Shown: positions 35,543-43,948 of the stretch, piece by piece | Position numbering within the stretch: position 1 is the first letter of the stretch | Layout: each line of letters opens with the position of its first letter | From: a virus | Lineage: Duplodnaviria > Caudoviricetes | IMG/VR virus record: IMGVR_UViG_3300049142_000071 | Coordinates: 1 to 49,002 of that record | Strand: one strand, 5' to 3' | DNA: 49,002 nt | The notes under the pieces: model-generated | What the model was told of the DNA's origin: nothing | What the model saw: the letters and a program-made list of their open reading frames with translations, nothing else | Databases searched by the model: none | Translations under genes and position numbers: made by a program

Positions 35543-35616
35543 GATCAAGCTTGAATCGATCACCTGTTCTAGTGAACAGGGTCGGCCCTAACTCTCGTCC
35601 CGTACGGGGCGGCTGT

Positions 35617-35646
35617 AGCCCCGCCGCGCGGTGGCACGGCGGGGCT
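35617..35646 (-). terminator. Hairpin closing the membrane-protein cassette
   Basis: Minus strand AGCCCCGCCGTGC-cacc-GCGCGGCGGGGCT. Confidence 0.65.
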
Positions 35647-35669
35647 CGGGAACAGCGTGCCTGATCTGT

Positions 35670-35837
35670 CTAGCTGAGTTCGGGCTGCTGGATGCCGTTC
35701 CGCTCGCGCATCGCGATGTTGGACTGGGTGTTGTACTGCTCGCGCTGCTCAGGCGTCCACTCGACGATCTGCTTGGGCAGGCTGTCGACGAGGTTGCGCA
35801 GGGCCTGGGTCTCGGGTCCGGTCTTTTCGCGTGCCAT
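35670..35837 (-). CDS. Small hypothetical protein (55 aa)
   Basis: RBS AGGAG upstream of ATG 35837. Confidence 0.65.
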   Translation of the reverse strand: MAREKTGPETQALRNLVDSLPKQIVEWTPEQREQYNTQSNIAMRERNGIQQPELS

Positions 35838-35874
35838 GGTGGTGGTCTCCTGTCTCGTGTTCGGGATGGGTGGA

Positions 35875-35920
35875 CCGGGGCGGGCCGCGTCTTCTTGGCA
35901 GTTGGGGCGGCCCGCCCCGG
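35875..35920. repeat. 14-bp inverted repeat (intergenic hairpin)
   Basis: CCGGGGCGGGCCGC ... GCGGCCCGCCCCGG with an 18-nt loop. Confidence 0.8.
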
Positions 35921-35923
35921 GGT

Positions 35924-36661
35924 CTATTGGTCGCGCCACACGACGTGCGTGCGTACGGGGTTCTCCCGGTCCTGGACGAGGACGGCGCGCACCCTGTCGT
36001 CGTCGTTGTCGTCGGCGGGCTGACCTGCACCGACGACACCCGGAGAGGGGTAGGCCTGCTCTGGGGAGGGGGCCTCGTCCCAGCGCAGCCCCGCCGACGC
36101 CGAACGCCCCTGCATCCGCACGTCCTTCACCGCCCACCCCAGCCCGGCGGCCGTGGCGCGCACCGCGTCGGTGGTCGTGCCGAGGTGCTCGGCGAGGGGC
36201 TTGAGCTGTGCGTGCGGGGTGCCGATGTCGCGGACTGCGGCGACGAGTGCGACCGGGGAAACGGGCGGCGGGCTGGGGCGCTGCTCGACGGACGGAGCGG
36301 GCTGCGTACCGCCGGCCTCGTCCGGCTCTGAAGCCGGGAGCTCCTGCGGCTTCTCCTCGCCCCGGCCGGCCCGGTACGCGGCCACGACCCACACGATCGC
36401 GGACACGGTGAGGAGTCCCGACCAGGCGCCGGACTCCACCCGCTCGTGCACCCGGTCCCCGGCCCGGGCGAGCACCGCAGGGCCGCGCAACAGGGCGATA
36501 TAGGCGAAGCCAAGCTGGACCCACCACGGCAGTCGACCGACGAACGCTGCCACCGCCCTGACGGCCCGGCCGATGGACCGGGCGAGCAGGCGCCGACTGC
36601 CGATCGATACACGGTCCGCGGCCGTACGCAGCCACTCGCGGGTACTGGGCACGCTGGTCAC
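35924..36661 (-). CDS. Membrane protein with C-terminal HTH-like domain
   Basis: Two hydrophobic segments, then HAQLKPLAEHLGTTTDAVRATAAGLGW; GTGA coupling. Confidence 0.7.
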   Translation of the reverse strand: MTSVPSTREWLRTAADRVSIGSRRLLARSIGRAVRAVAAFVGRLPWWVQLGFAYIALLRGPAVLARAGDRVHERVESGAWSGLLTVSAIVWVVAAYRAGRGEEKPQELPASEPDEAGGTQPAPSVEQRPSPPPVSPVALVAAVRDIGTPHAQLKPLAEHLGTTTDAVRATAAGLGWAVKDVRMQGRSASAGLRWDEAPSPEQAYPSPGVVGAGQPADDNDDDRVRAVLVQDRENPVRTHVVWRDQ

Positions 36662-37254
36662 AGCAGCTCGCCCTTGGCGATCGTGCCGATGGCCAGCTGC
36701 CCGAGTCCGTTGACGCCAGTGACGACCTGGTCGGCGATGAGGGCGGCGGTGCCGGTGCTGACGCAGAGCAGGCAGCCGATGAGGACGCCCTTCCACCACT
36801 TGCCCTTGGTGGCCTTGGCGATCGACTTGCGCAGCAGCCACAGGGAGACCGCGAGGGCGGCGACGACGATGGCGCCGTAGCTGTCGATGCGGGGTGTGGC
36901 GGCGGTGCCGAGGGTCTGGCTGGGGGTACCGGTGATCCACTTCATGGCGAGGTCGCCGACCGAGTTGCCGCCCCAGCGCAGGAAACTGGCGAGGGTGCCG
37001 AGGATTCCGGCCGGACAGGCGATCATGAGGATGCCGCAGACGATCCCGAACCCGAGCGGGATCAGAGCCTTCGCATCCTTGGACGGGCCCGTGGCCACGG
37101 GGGGAGCGCCCTTGCCTGCCTTGCCGCCCCCGCCCGCTCCGCCCTTGTGCCAGCGCCACAGCTCGACGCCCAGCAGCGCCAGGCCGAGAGCGAATCCGGC
37201 CGTGGAGATCGTGGTGGTCGTGTACTGGCTCGCGGCCAGCGTGGTGGCGCTCAT
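36658..37254 (-). CDS. Multi-pass membrane protein
   Basis: About four hydrophobic segments; ATGA coupling. Confidence 0.75.
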   Translation of the reverse strand: MSATTLAASQYTTTTISTAGFALGLALLGVELWRWHKGGAGGGGKAGKGAPPVATGPSKDAKALIPLGFGIVCGILMIACPAGILGTLASFLRWGGNSVGDLAMKWITGTPSQTLGTAATPRIDSYGAIVVAALAVSLWLLRKSIAKATKGKWWKGVLIGCLLCVSTGTAALIADQVVTGVNGLGQLAIGTIAKGELL

Positions 37255-37823
37255 GGGGTCTGCACTCCGGTGATCCAGTAGACGAACGTGGTGAGCGGGA
37301 GGGTGAGGAAGGTGGCCGTGATCACGGCGTAGAGCAGCCAACGGGCGATCACGGCCCGGATCTTGGGAAGCCAGGCCTCCGGGTGCGCCTCCCAGGCGCG
37401 GATCCGGCAGACGTTGTCCCAGACGGCGATGAGCGCCCAGACGATGGTGGCCATCACCCACGCGGCCCCGAGGCCCTGCTTGCCGCGGACGTCGTTGAGG
37501 ACCCACGCCCACGGGCCACTGGCCGGGAACGCGGCGAGGACCATGACCAGGTGGTAGCCCCAGCGGATCCGCCGCCACCATGGCGGCTCCGGGTCCGGCT
37601 CCGCAGGTCCGCCCATGTCGACGGTGACGTGGACGTGGACGTCGACCGGAACCGGGGCGGGCGGCGGGGTGGGCGCGGAACGCCACCAGTCCGGAGGCCG
37701 AGCGGGCGGCGGTGCCGGAGGGGCAGGAGGCGGCGGCGGAGGACTCGCGGGGGCCGGTAGGGGCGCCGCCGCGGGTATCACCCTGGTCGGGGTGATCGGG
37801 CCGGGCTTCTTGTGGCCGCTCAC
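37251..37823 (-). CDS. Pro-rich membrane protein
   Basis: Poly-Pro N-terminus followed by about three TM segments; GTGA coupling. Confidence 0.72.
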   Translation of the reverse strand: MSGHKKPGPITPTRVIPAAAPLPAPASPPPPPPAPPAPPPARPPDWWRSAPTPPPAPVPVDVHVHVTVDMGGPAEPDPEPPWWRRIRWGYHLVMVLAAFPASGPWAWVLNDVRGKQGLGAAWVMATIVWALIAVWDNVCRIRAWEAHPEAWLPKIRAVIARWLLYAVITATFLTLPLTTFVYWITGVQTP

Positions 37824-38113
37824 AGCGACCATCCCGCGCAGCCGACCGCGACGACCGCGGCTCCGGCCCAGGCGGTTGCGATCAGGACACGGCCGTCGTC
37901 GTAGGCCCGGAGCGCGGCAGCGCCGGCGAGGAAGCCGAGAACGAACCCGAGCGGGGGTACCACGACCAGCGTGACCAGCAGCAGGAACGGCAGGCTGACG
38001 GTGACTCCGGCTCCGGCCAGCAGGGAGATGAGCCGGCCGCGGCGGCGCAGGAACCACGCGGTGGCGACGCCGGGGGCGAGTCCGGCCAGGACGAGCAGGG
38101 TGATGAGCAGCAT
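37820..38113 (-). CDS. Small hydrophobic membrane protein
   Basis: 97 aa, almost entirely hydrophobic; GGAG upstream. Confidence 0.7.
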   Translation of the reverse strand: MLLITLLVLAGLAPGVATAWFLRRRGRLISLLAGAGVTVSLPFLLLVTLVVVPPLGFVLGFLAGAAALRAYDDGRVLIATAWAGAAVVAVGCAGWSL

Positions 38114-38125
38114 GGCGGACTCCGG

Positions 38126-39751
38126 TTAAGGGATGAGGGTGGCGGCGAGGGCGTCGCGCAGCAGCTCGGCCTTGGGCTGGCCCACGCCGAGCTCGGCCTT
38201 CAGGACGCGGATCGGCGCGGGTCGGCCGTGCTCGAGGCGGTGGGCGGCGTCGACCCGGCGGGCGCGCTCGAGCAGGTCCTCGGGTACGCCGGGTACGGAC
38301 GGCGTACTCGCCGTACTCGGGGGTGGGGGCACGGCGGGGGCCTGTACCTCGGGTACGGGTACGGGTTCGGGTGCGCCGTGTACCTCCGCGCGGGTACGGG
38401 CCTGTTCGGGTCCGGCCGCGCGCTCCTCGGCGGCCCGGCGGTGGATGAACGCGAGAGGGTCCTCAAGGCCTGCGGGTGCGTCGGGTACGCGAGCGTGTAC
38501 CTGCGTTCGGGTACGTGGCGGCCGGATCATCTGGGCGGGTACGGCGCACGCGTGCTCGCGTCGTACCTCGGCCTCGGTGGTGACGTCCAGGTGCAGGCCA
38601 CCGGCCTGGTACGCGTACTCGACGGTGTCAGGTACGGCCTGGTGCACGGCAGGTAGCTCGGCCGGAGCGGCGAACAGCGCGATCTCCCGTACCTGCTGGT
38701 GCACCTCGGCGGGCGCGGGGGGCTGCTGTACCTCGGGTACGGGCGCGGGTACGGCGTGCAGCGCCACGTGTACCTGCGCCTCGGAGACGGGTACGCCGTA
38801 CCCGGTAGACAGCGACGCGAGCTCCGCCTCGGTGGCGTCCGGGTGCGCGGCGCGGATCAGGAGGACGGCGTCGAGCGGGTCCATGCGGCGCAGCTCGGCT
38901 CCGGTCACGCCCAGCGGGGTCGCCGGGTACGCCTCAGGTACAGGCTGAGGTACCCACGGAGAGGTGACGGGTACGGTGCGCAGCTCGGCGGCGCCGCGGC
39001 GGGCAGCGAGCAGCTGCAGGAGCCGGTGGCGCTGCTCGGCGTTGGTGGCGGCGCCGGAGCGGGCGACGGAGGCCTTGAGGGCGGCGCGCCCCCATGGGCC
39101 GAGGTGGTTGCGGGAGGCGAGGCGTACGGCGCGGGCGGTGGCGCGGTCGCGGGTGACCTGGGCGGCGGTGCGTCCGCGTACGGCCAGGCCGAGGTGGGAC
39201 AGGAGGCGCTCGCGGAGCTCGTGGCCGATCTGGGCGGGCAGGCCGGTGGACAGGGCCTCGGGCTTGGTGACGCGGATCTCCAGGCCCATGGCGAGGTGCC
39301 AGAGCAGCGCGGCCATGATCGGGCCGAAGACGGAGCGGATGAGGCCGCCCCAGAACCCGGACTCGGCGAACGCGGGCACCAGCTGCACGCCGGTGATGCA
39401 CCAGACGAGTACGCCGGGCACGCCCGGGGTTCCGGCCTCGGTGTCGGTGGCGGTGGCCTTCTTGTTGGCGCGGGCCATGACCGCGCATGCGATGAGGGCG
39501 ATCTCCCCTGCGGCGAAGAGGCCCAGGCGCTCGTTGTCGGTCATGCGGAGCTGGTGGCCGGCGAACCGCCAGGAGGTGTCGGCGGAGAACGCGGTGGCGA
39601 CGAGCGCGCCGAGCCCTGCGGTGAGGACGGCACCGCTGGTGCGGTGCGCGATGTAGGCGGCGAGACCGGCCAGGAGTACGACGAGGACGCCCGCGGCTGC
39701 GACGGTCGGCCAGTGGCCGGCCGTCCACGCGATGGGCTGGTCCAGGGACAC
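38126..39751 (-). CDS. SpdB/DUF2637-like protein: N-terminal TM bundle, Pro/Val linker, C-terminal HTH-like domain
   Basis: About five TM segments; VPEV-type repeats; EDLLERAR...APIRVLKAELGVGQPKAELLRDAL. Family assigned on architecture only. Confidence 0.65.
   Translation of the reverse strand: MSLDQPIAWTAGHWPTVAAAGVLVVLLAGLAAYIAHRTSGAVLTAGLGALVATAFSADTSWRFAGHQLRMTDNERLGLFAAGEIALIACAVMARANKKATATDTEAGTPGVPGVLVWCITGVQLVPAFAESGFWGGLIRSVFGPIMAALLWHLAMGLEIRVTKPEALSTGLPAQIGHELRERLLSHLGLAVRGRTAAQVTRDRATARAVRLASRNHLGPWGRAALKASVARSGAATNAEQRHRLLQLLAARRGAAELRTVPVTSPWVPQPVPEAYPATPLGVTGAELRRMDPLDAVLLIRAAHPDATEAELASLSTGYGVPVSEAQVHVALHAVPAPVPEVQQPPAPAEVHQQVREIALFAAPAELPAVHQAVPDTVEYAYQAGGLHLDVTTEAEVRREHACAVPAQMIRPPRTRTQVHARVPDAPAGLEDPLAFIHRRAAEERAAGPEQARTRAEVHGAPEPVPVPEVQAPAVPPPPSTASTPSVPGVPEDLLERARRVDAAHRLEHGRPAPIRVLKAELGVGQPKAELLRDALAATLIP
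38284..38974. repeat. Intragenic GTAC-core repeat array
   Basis: About 28 GTAC by hand count; CTGTACCTCGGGTACGGG repeated exactly at 38342 and 38726. Confidence 0.9.
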
Positions 39752-39773
39752 GGAGGACTCCAAGAGGATGGGA

Positions 39774-39807
39774 GGCCGCCCCCGCGCTGGGGGCTGCGGG
39801 GGCGGCC
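39774..39807. repeat. 12-bp inverted repeat (intergenic hairpin)
   Basis: GGCCGCCCCCGC-N10-GCGGGGGCGGCC. Confidence 0.8.
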
Positions 39808-39820
39808 GGTCTGGAAGCGG

Positions 39821-40009
39821 TCAGCTCTCGGCGGGCTCGACGGTGTCGCCTCGGGCCGCCATCCGCGTGAAGGCGAGCTGGTCCCGGGCGGCGCCCTCGG
39901 CGCGCTGCTGCTTGCCCTTCGAGCGTCTGTCGCTGGCGCAGACCTCCGGCGTGGCGGGCTGGCTCGCGATCACGTTCGGCTGGCGGTGGTCCAGGCGGCG
40001 GGCCATCAC
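39821..40009 (-). CDS. Small hypothetical protein
   Basis: GTGA coupling to the upstream gene; ends just before a hairpin. Confidence 0.5.
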   Translation of the reverse strand: MMARRLDHRQPNVIASQPATPEVCASDRRSKGKQQRAEGAARDQLAFTRMAARGDTVEPAES

Positions 40010-40323
40010 ATGCCCTCCGCGATCTCACGGAGCTGGGCGGCGTACTCGCGGCGGACGACCTGCCCGGTGATCTCCGGGACCTTGGCGCGCAGGGCGGGGG
40101 TGAGGGCCGGGTCCATGGTGGTGGCCTGGATGAGGGCGTGGCGGCCGATGGTGGTGATCGGCTGGCCGGGCCGGTTGGTCTCCAGGCGGCCGGCCATCTC
40201 GGCGAGCATGCGCCGGACCTGGGGGCGGATGCCGGTGCAGGTGCAGTCCTCGAAGGTGCGCCCGCATGCGGGGCACGTCGGGACGGCGGCCGCGGCCTGG
40301 CGGCTGATGTCGGGGGTGTTCAC
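40006..40323 (-). CDS. Hypothetical protein with CxxC..CxC, probable paralogue of the upstream gene
   Basis: CPAC...CTC; GTGA coupling; RBS AAGGAG. Confidence 0.7.
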   Translation of the reverse strand: MNTPDISRQAAAAVPTCPACGRTFEDCTCTGIRPQVRRMLAEMAGRLETNRPGQPITTIGRHALIQATTMDPALTPALRAKVPEITGQVVRREYAAQLREIAEGM

Positions 40324-40625
40324 CCGAGCTCCTTGGCAGCGGCGCGCAGGCGGAGGGCGGCCTCGCCACGGGTGATGCCGGACAGGTCAGGCAGGACGCG
40401 GCGGGCGCGGTCGATGCTGTCGGCGCGGACGACGTGGGGCAGCGGCGTGAGGACGGCGTCGGTGGCAATGTTCATCGCCATGGCGCCGGCACGGCCGGTC
40501 ATGGGCTCGGCGGGGTCCATCTCGAGCATGCGGGCCATGACGATGAGGACCTGGGCGCCGTAGGACGGCTGCTCGATCAGGCGGCGTAGGGCTACGTCGG
40601 TCGGGGTGGGCTGGGTAAGGTCCAT
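40320..40625 (-). CDS. Hypothetical protein, first gene of the membrane cassette
   Basis: RBS AAAGGAG upstream of ATG 40625. Confidence 0.7.
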   Translation of the reverse strand: MDLTQPTPTDVALRRLIEQPSYGAQVLIVMARMLEMDPAEPMTGRAGAMAMNIATDAVLTPLPHVVRADSIDRARRVLPDLSGITRGEAALRLRAAAKELG

Positions 40626-40661
40626 GGCGGACCTGCTCCTTTGATCGCTGGGAACGGGTCC

Positions 40662-40709
40662 CCCCTCGCCCCGGACCTGCGGAGGTGCAACTCCGCATGG
40701 GGCGAGGGG
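40662..40709. repeat. Long hairpin in the cassette 5' leader
   Basis: CCCCTCGCCCC/GGGGCGAGGGG outer stem and TGCGGAG/CTCCGCA inner stem, loop GTGCAA. Confidence 0.75.
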
Positions 40710-40738
40710 TTTTCCGTTGTGCCGAGTACGACCGTAGC

Positions 40739-40767
40739 GAGAAGTGTGGACAATGTCCACACTTCTC
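40739..40767. promoter_or_regulatory. Perfect 29-bp palindromic operator between divergent genes
   Basis: GAGAAGTGTGGACA-A-TGTCCACACTTCTC. Confidence 0.8.
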
Positions 40768-40782
40768 CGGGAGGATGTCCCC

Positions 40783-41040
40783 ATGCCCGATGCCCCCGAG
40801 CGGCAGGAGCCGGAGAGGGAGACGATGACCATCCCGAAACTCGCTATGCGAGCAGGAGTGAGCCGGACCTACATCCACCGGCTCGCGACTGACCCCGATG
40901 AGGGATGGCCGGCACCCGTCTTCAAGCCGGGTAGCAGCAGGCCTGAGTACGACGTGGCCTGGTTCGACCAGTACTGGACGAAGCGTCAGGCTCGCGTCCG
41001 TCAGGGGAAGCGGACAGACCTGCAGCAGCCTGAGGAGTAG
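40783..41040 (+). CDS. AlpA/excisionase-like wHTH regulator
   Basis: MTIPKLAMRAGVSRTYIHRL...WPAPV...YDVAWFDQYW; RBS GGAGG. Confidence 0.8.
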   Translation: MPDAPERQEPERETMTIPKLAMRAGVSRTYIHRLATDPDEGWPAPVFKPGSSRPEYDVAWFDQYWTKRQARVRQGKRTDLQQPEE

Positions 41041-41053
41041 CTCGCGTACGCCT

Positions 41054-41086
41054 ACGCCCCTGCCGTTGGGAAGTCGGCAGGGGCGT
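41054..41086. terminator. Bidirectional terminator between convergent genes
   Basis: ACGCCCCTGCCG-N9-CGGCAGGGGCGT. Confidence 0.8.
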
Positions 41087-41106
41087 CTTGCTGTCCTCAC
41101 AGCGGT

Positions 41107-41772
41107 CTATGCCGCAGCGGTCTCCTCCAAGGGACGCGATCGGCCGGGCTGGAAGTGGCGTAGGGCCAGCCAGGTGTCGGGCGGGTAGACGCACAGGCAG
41201 AGGCCGCATTGCACGGGCCGGGTCATGTCCGCGTAGAGGCGGTGCCCGCACACGGTGCCGTCCTCGTCGACGGTGGCGATGCACCGTCCCAGGAGTGTGG
41301 GCTCGGGGGGCTCGTCGAGGGCGCGGCCGGGCTGGACGACCGCGCGGACGCGGTCGACCAGGCGGGCAACCTCCTTGGCGAGCAGGCCGCCGTGTTCCCA
41401 CAGGGCGATGAAGTGGATCTGTTGGTAGAGGCCGCTGGCCGCCACGGTGATGCGGCGTTGCAGAGACGCGGCGCGGGCCGGGGCGGGTAGGCCGCGGGCT
41501 TCGCAGACGGCAGCGTGCCAGTCCTCGAGGACGCCGACGATCCCGCCGGCGGCGCGCAGGTCCAGGACCTCCTCGGAGAGCGGGAGCGGGGCTTCGGCGC
41601 GGCGGACGCGGCCGCCGTACTGGGCGGTGCCGGTGGCGCCAGGGGCGAGCCAGGCCTCGAGCGACGCCCACATGCGCGGGAGCCGATACAGGTGGTCCAG
41701 GGTCGTGCGGGTGCAGCCGGTGCAGAGACTGCCGTGCTCGATACGGTGCTTGGTGCACAGGGTGCAGATCAT
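41107..41772 (-). CDS. Zn-finger phage protein, candidate late-gene regulator
   Basis: CTLC..CTGC at the N-terminus and C..CG..CGLC at the C-terminus; last early gene; RBS AGGAAGG. Confidence 0.7.
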   Translation of the reverse strand: MICTLCTKHRIEHGSLCTGCTRTTLDHLYRLPRMWASLEAWLAPGATGTAQYGGRVRRAEAPLPLSEEVLDLRAAGGIVGVLEDWHAAVCEARGLPAPARAASLQRRITVAASGLYQQIHFIALWEHGGLLAKEVARLVDRVRAVVQPGRALDEPPEPTLLGRCIATVDEDGTVCGHRLYADMTRPVQCGLCLCVYPPDTWLALRHFQPGRSRPLEETAAA

Positions 41773-41830
41773 CGGGTCCGCCTTCCTGCGAGGTGGGGCG
41801 TGGGGGCAGCGGGTGAGAGCGTTCGGCTGG

Positions 41831-42118
41831 TCAGTCGTCGGACTGGTCGGGTGACCTGAGGCTCTGCAGGTACTGCTCGATCTCCTCGGTGGTCATCGGC
41901 GGCGGGGCACCCGGAGTGGGGCGGCAGTAGACGTAGCCCGGCGGGATCGAGTCGTCGTACACGAGCGGCCATTCGCACGACCGCGCTGCTGAGAGGAACT
42001 CCGGGGTGGCTCTGGGCTCGACGGCCTTGGGGCGAAGGATGTCTCTGAGCAGGTCGAGGGTGCCCCGCTCGGCGGCGACCTCTTGGACGGGGTCGATGCG
42101 CACGAAGAGGATCTTCAC
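41831..42118 (-). CDS. Hypothetical protein
   Basis: GTGA coupling; RBS GAGGAG. Confidence 0.6.
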   Translation of the reverse strand: MKILFVRIDPVQEVAAERGTLDLLRDILRPKAVEPRATPEFLSAARSCEWPLVYDDSIPPGYVYCRPTPGAPPPMTTEEIEQYLQSLRSPDQSDD

Positions 42119-43428
42119 GGCGTCTCCTCGGCGAGTGGCGGACCCTCGTAGTTGCTGGAATGGCCGCTGGCGTCAGCGGCCGGCCGGACCGTCCAGCCGC
42201 CGGCGGAGAGGCTGATGTAGGCGAGAAGGAACTGAGCGCGGCGGGCCGGGCTCGTGCTGGGAGGAACGGTCAGGACGCCTTCACCGACCGTCAGCGACCA
42301 TGTGCCGTCAGGGTTGTGCCGCCAGGCCGGGACCACGGCCGTGGTGTTGAGGACGTACGAGGGTGTCTGGAGGGCGGTGCGGATCCGGCGGGCGGCGTCG
42401 CGCATGGCTTCTCGGGCGGGCTCGGCCAGCCCGATACCGGTTGCCGCGAACTCCAGATCAGGTGCGACAGTGCCCACCCGTTCGAGGGCGGCCTGTGCTG
42501 CCTCCAACTCGCCTTCAACCCAGGTCAGCTCACCCAGCTCCTTCTGGGCCCGGGCGATCCGCGAACGGTGGTTCTCGAGGAAGCACTGGCTCGCGGCCTT
42601 ATGGTTGCTGAGCACGGTGGCGGCGACGTCCAGGCGCTGCTCCGCGGTGGCGCGGTTCCACCACCAGATCCACTGTCCTGGCGTGTCATCAGGGCTGGGG
42701 TAGTCGCCGCCGAGTTCCTCGCCGGCGCGGAGCCTGGCCACCTCCGCCGCCGCCAGCTCGGTCCCGGAGTCGTCCACCCGTGTCGGCGTGGTGGCCTGCG
42801 CAGGATCCTCGGGGTGGACGACTTCGGACTGCTCAGCGCGTGTGCGCTGCTCCTGGGCTTCCGTCCCGTAGCGCTCCAGCTTCTTGCGCAGCGCCCGGTT
42901 TTCGACTCGGTGGTCGGCGACCACGGCGCGCGCGGTGTCGGCCTCCCGCATCTCGGTCTCGACGAGCTGGCGCAGGAGTTCGGCCTCCTCGACGCTGAAG
43001 CGGATGCGGGCGGCGTGGGAGAGGAGGTTGCGGAGGCTGGCGCGGCGGGTGGTGCGCTGCGCGTCCTCGTCGGCGACCGGGGCCTGCGCGGGGATGGACA
43101 GGTCTCGCGTCCCGGCCTTCAGCCAGTCGGGCGGGCGTGGGGTGTGTGCGTCGAGCCCAAAGATGCTGCCGGGGGCGTGGCGCCAGACGGCGGGGTCTCC
43201 GGTGAGTTCGATGAGGTCGCCGCAGACGCAGCGGGGGCCGTCGTCGCTGCCCGTCGTCGGGGCGCCGTCGGGGGCGTCGGTCTGCTCGACGACGGGCGTC
43301 GACAGGGCGTCGGCGATGCGTCGGACCTGCGTCGTCAGGCCGTCGAAGGCACGGACGACGGCCGGCGCGTCCGGGCTGGGTTGGCTCATCGCCGGGTCTC
43401 CAAGGCGGTGATCGCGGGTGTCGCTCAT
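42115..43428 (-). CDS. Mosaic coiled-coil hypothetical protein
   Basis: TGATG coupling; CVC motif; heptad-rich segments. Confidence 0.65.
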   Translation of the reverse strand: MSDTRDHRLGDPAMSQPSPDAPAVVRAFDGLTTQVRRIADALSTPVVEQTDAPDGAPTTGSDDGPRCVCGDLIELTGDPAVWRHAPGSIFGLDAHTPRPPDWLKAGTRDLSIPAQAPVADEDAQRTTRRASLRNLLSHAARIRFSVEEAELLRQLVETEMREADTARAVVADHRVENRALRKKLERYGTEAQEQRTRAEQSEVVHPEDPAQATTPTRVDDSGTELAAAEVARLRAGEELGGDYPSPDDTPGQWIWWWNRATAEQRLDVAATVLSNHKAASQCFLENHRSRIARAQKELGELTWVEGELEAAQAALERVGTVAPDLEFAATGIGLAEPAREAMRDAARRIRTALQTPSYVLNTTAVVPAWRHNPDGTWSLTVGEGVLTVPPSTSPARRAQFLLAYISLSAGGWTVRPAADASGHSSNYEGPPLAEETP

Positions 43429-43733
43429 CAGGTGCTCTTCCGGTAGTTGGTCTCGATCTCGGCGAAGGCCTGCTCCTCGGCGAGCGTCAGCCGGGTGTCG
43501 CCGGGTGGACGTAGGCCGGGGCTGGTGGCCCGTTCGATCTGGTCGCGCAGGTCGTCCTGGGTGTCGGCGTGTTCGGACTCGCGGACGGCAGCGATGACAC
43601 AGACCAAGGCCGCGGCGGCGGTGAGGAGGCTGACCCAGACGGGCACGGTTTCCCACGTGCGGCTGGTCAGGTAGCCGAGCCACAGGAACGCGAGGCAGTA
43701 CAGGGAGGTGATGGCCCGAGCGAGTCGACTCAT
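43428..43733 (-). CDS. Two-TM membrane protein
   Basis: ATGA coupling; two hydrophobic segments. Confidence 0.65.
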   Translation of the reverse strand: MSRLARAITSLYCLAFLWLGYLTSRTWETVPVWVSLLTAAAALVCVIAAVRESEHADTQDDLRDQIERATSPGLRPPGDTRLTLAEEQAFAEIETNYRKST

Positions 43734-43948
43734 GGCGTCACCTGGATCTCGGCGAGGGGCACGCCGGCGGCGACCTGCCGGTACAGCTCCTGCAACCTGT
43801 CGCGGGCCTTGGCGTCCCGGCGGTAGAGAGCCGCCCGGGCGGGCCCGGGCAAGTTGCCCCAACAGCCGTAGCAGAGGTACATGCCCGACCCCTTGGGCTG
43901 CTTGCAGCACGGGCACGGGGTGGTTGTCGGTTTCCTGGTCCCGCTCAC
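43730..43948 (-). CDS. Small Zn-finger protein
   Basis: CPCC...LCYGCW; GTGA coupling. Confidence 0.65.
   Translation of the reverse strand: MSGTRKPTTTPCPCCKQPKGSGMYLCYGCWGNLPGPARAALYRRDAKARDRLQELYRQVAAGVPLAEIQVTP

Noticed and set aside
38284-38974. GTAC array as CRISPR or simple tandem repeat
   Set aside because: The core is only 4-7 bp with irregular spacing, lies within an intact ORF, and there are no cas genes. Kept as a binding-array hypothesis.
40783-41040. The prophage excisionase
   Set aside because: The fold is compatible, but it is far from att and faces an operator palindrome and a divergent operon, so a local repressor is more likely.
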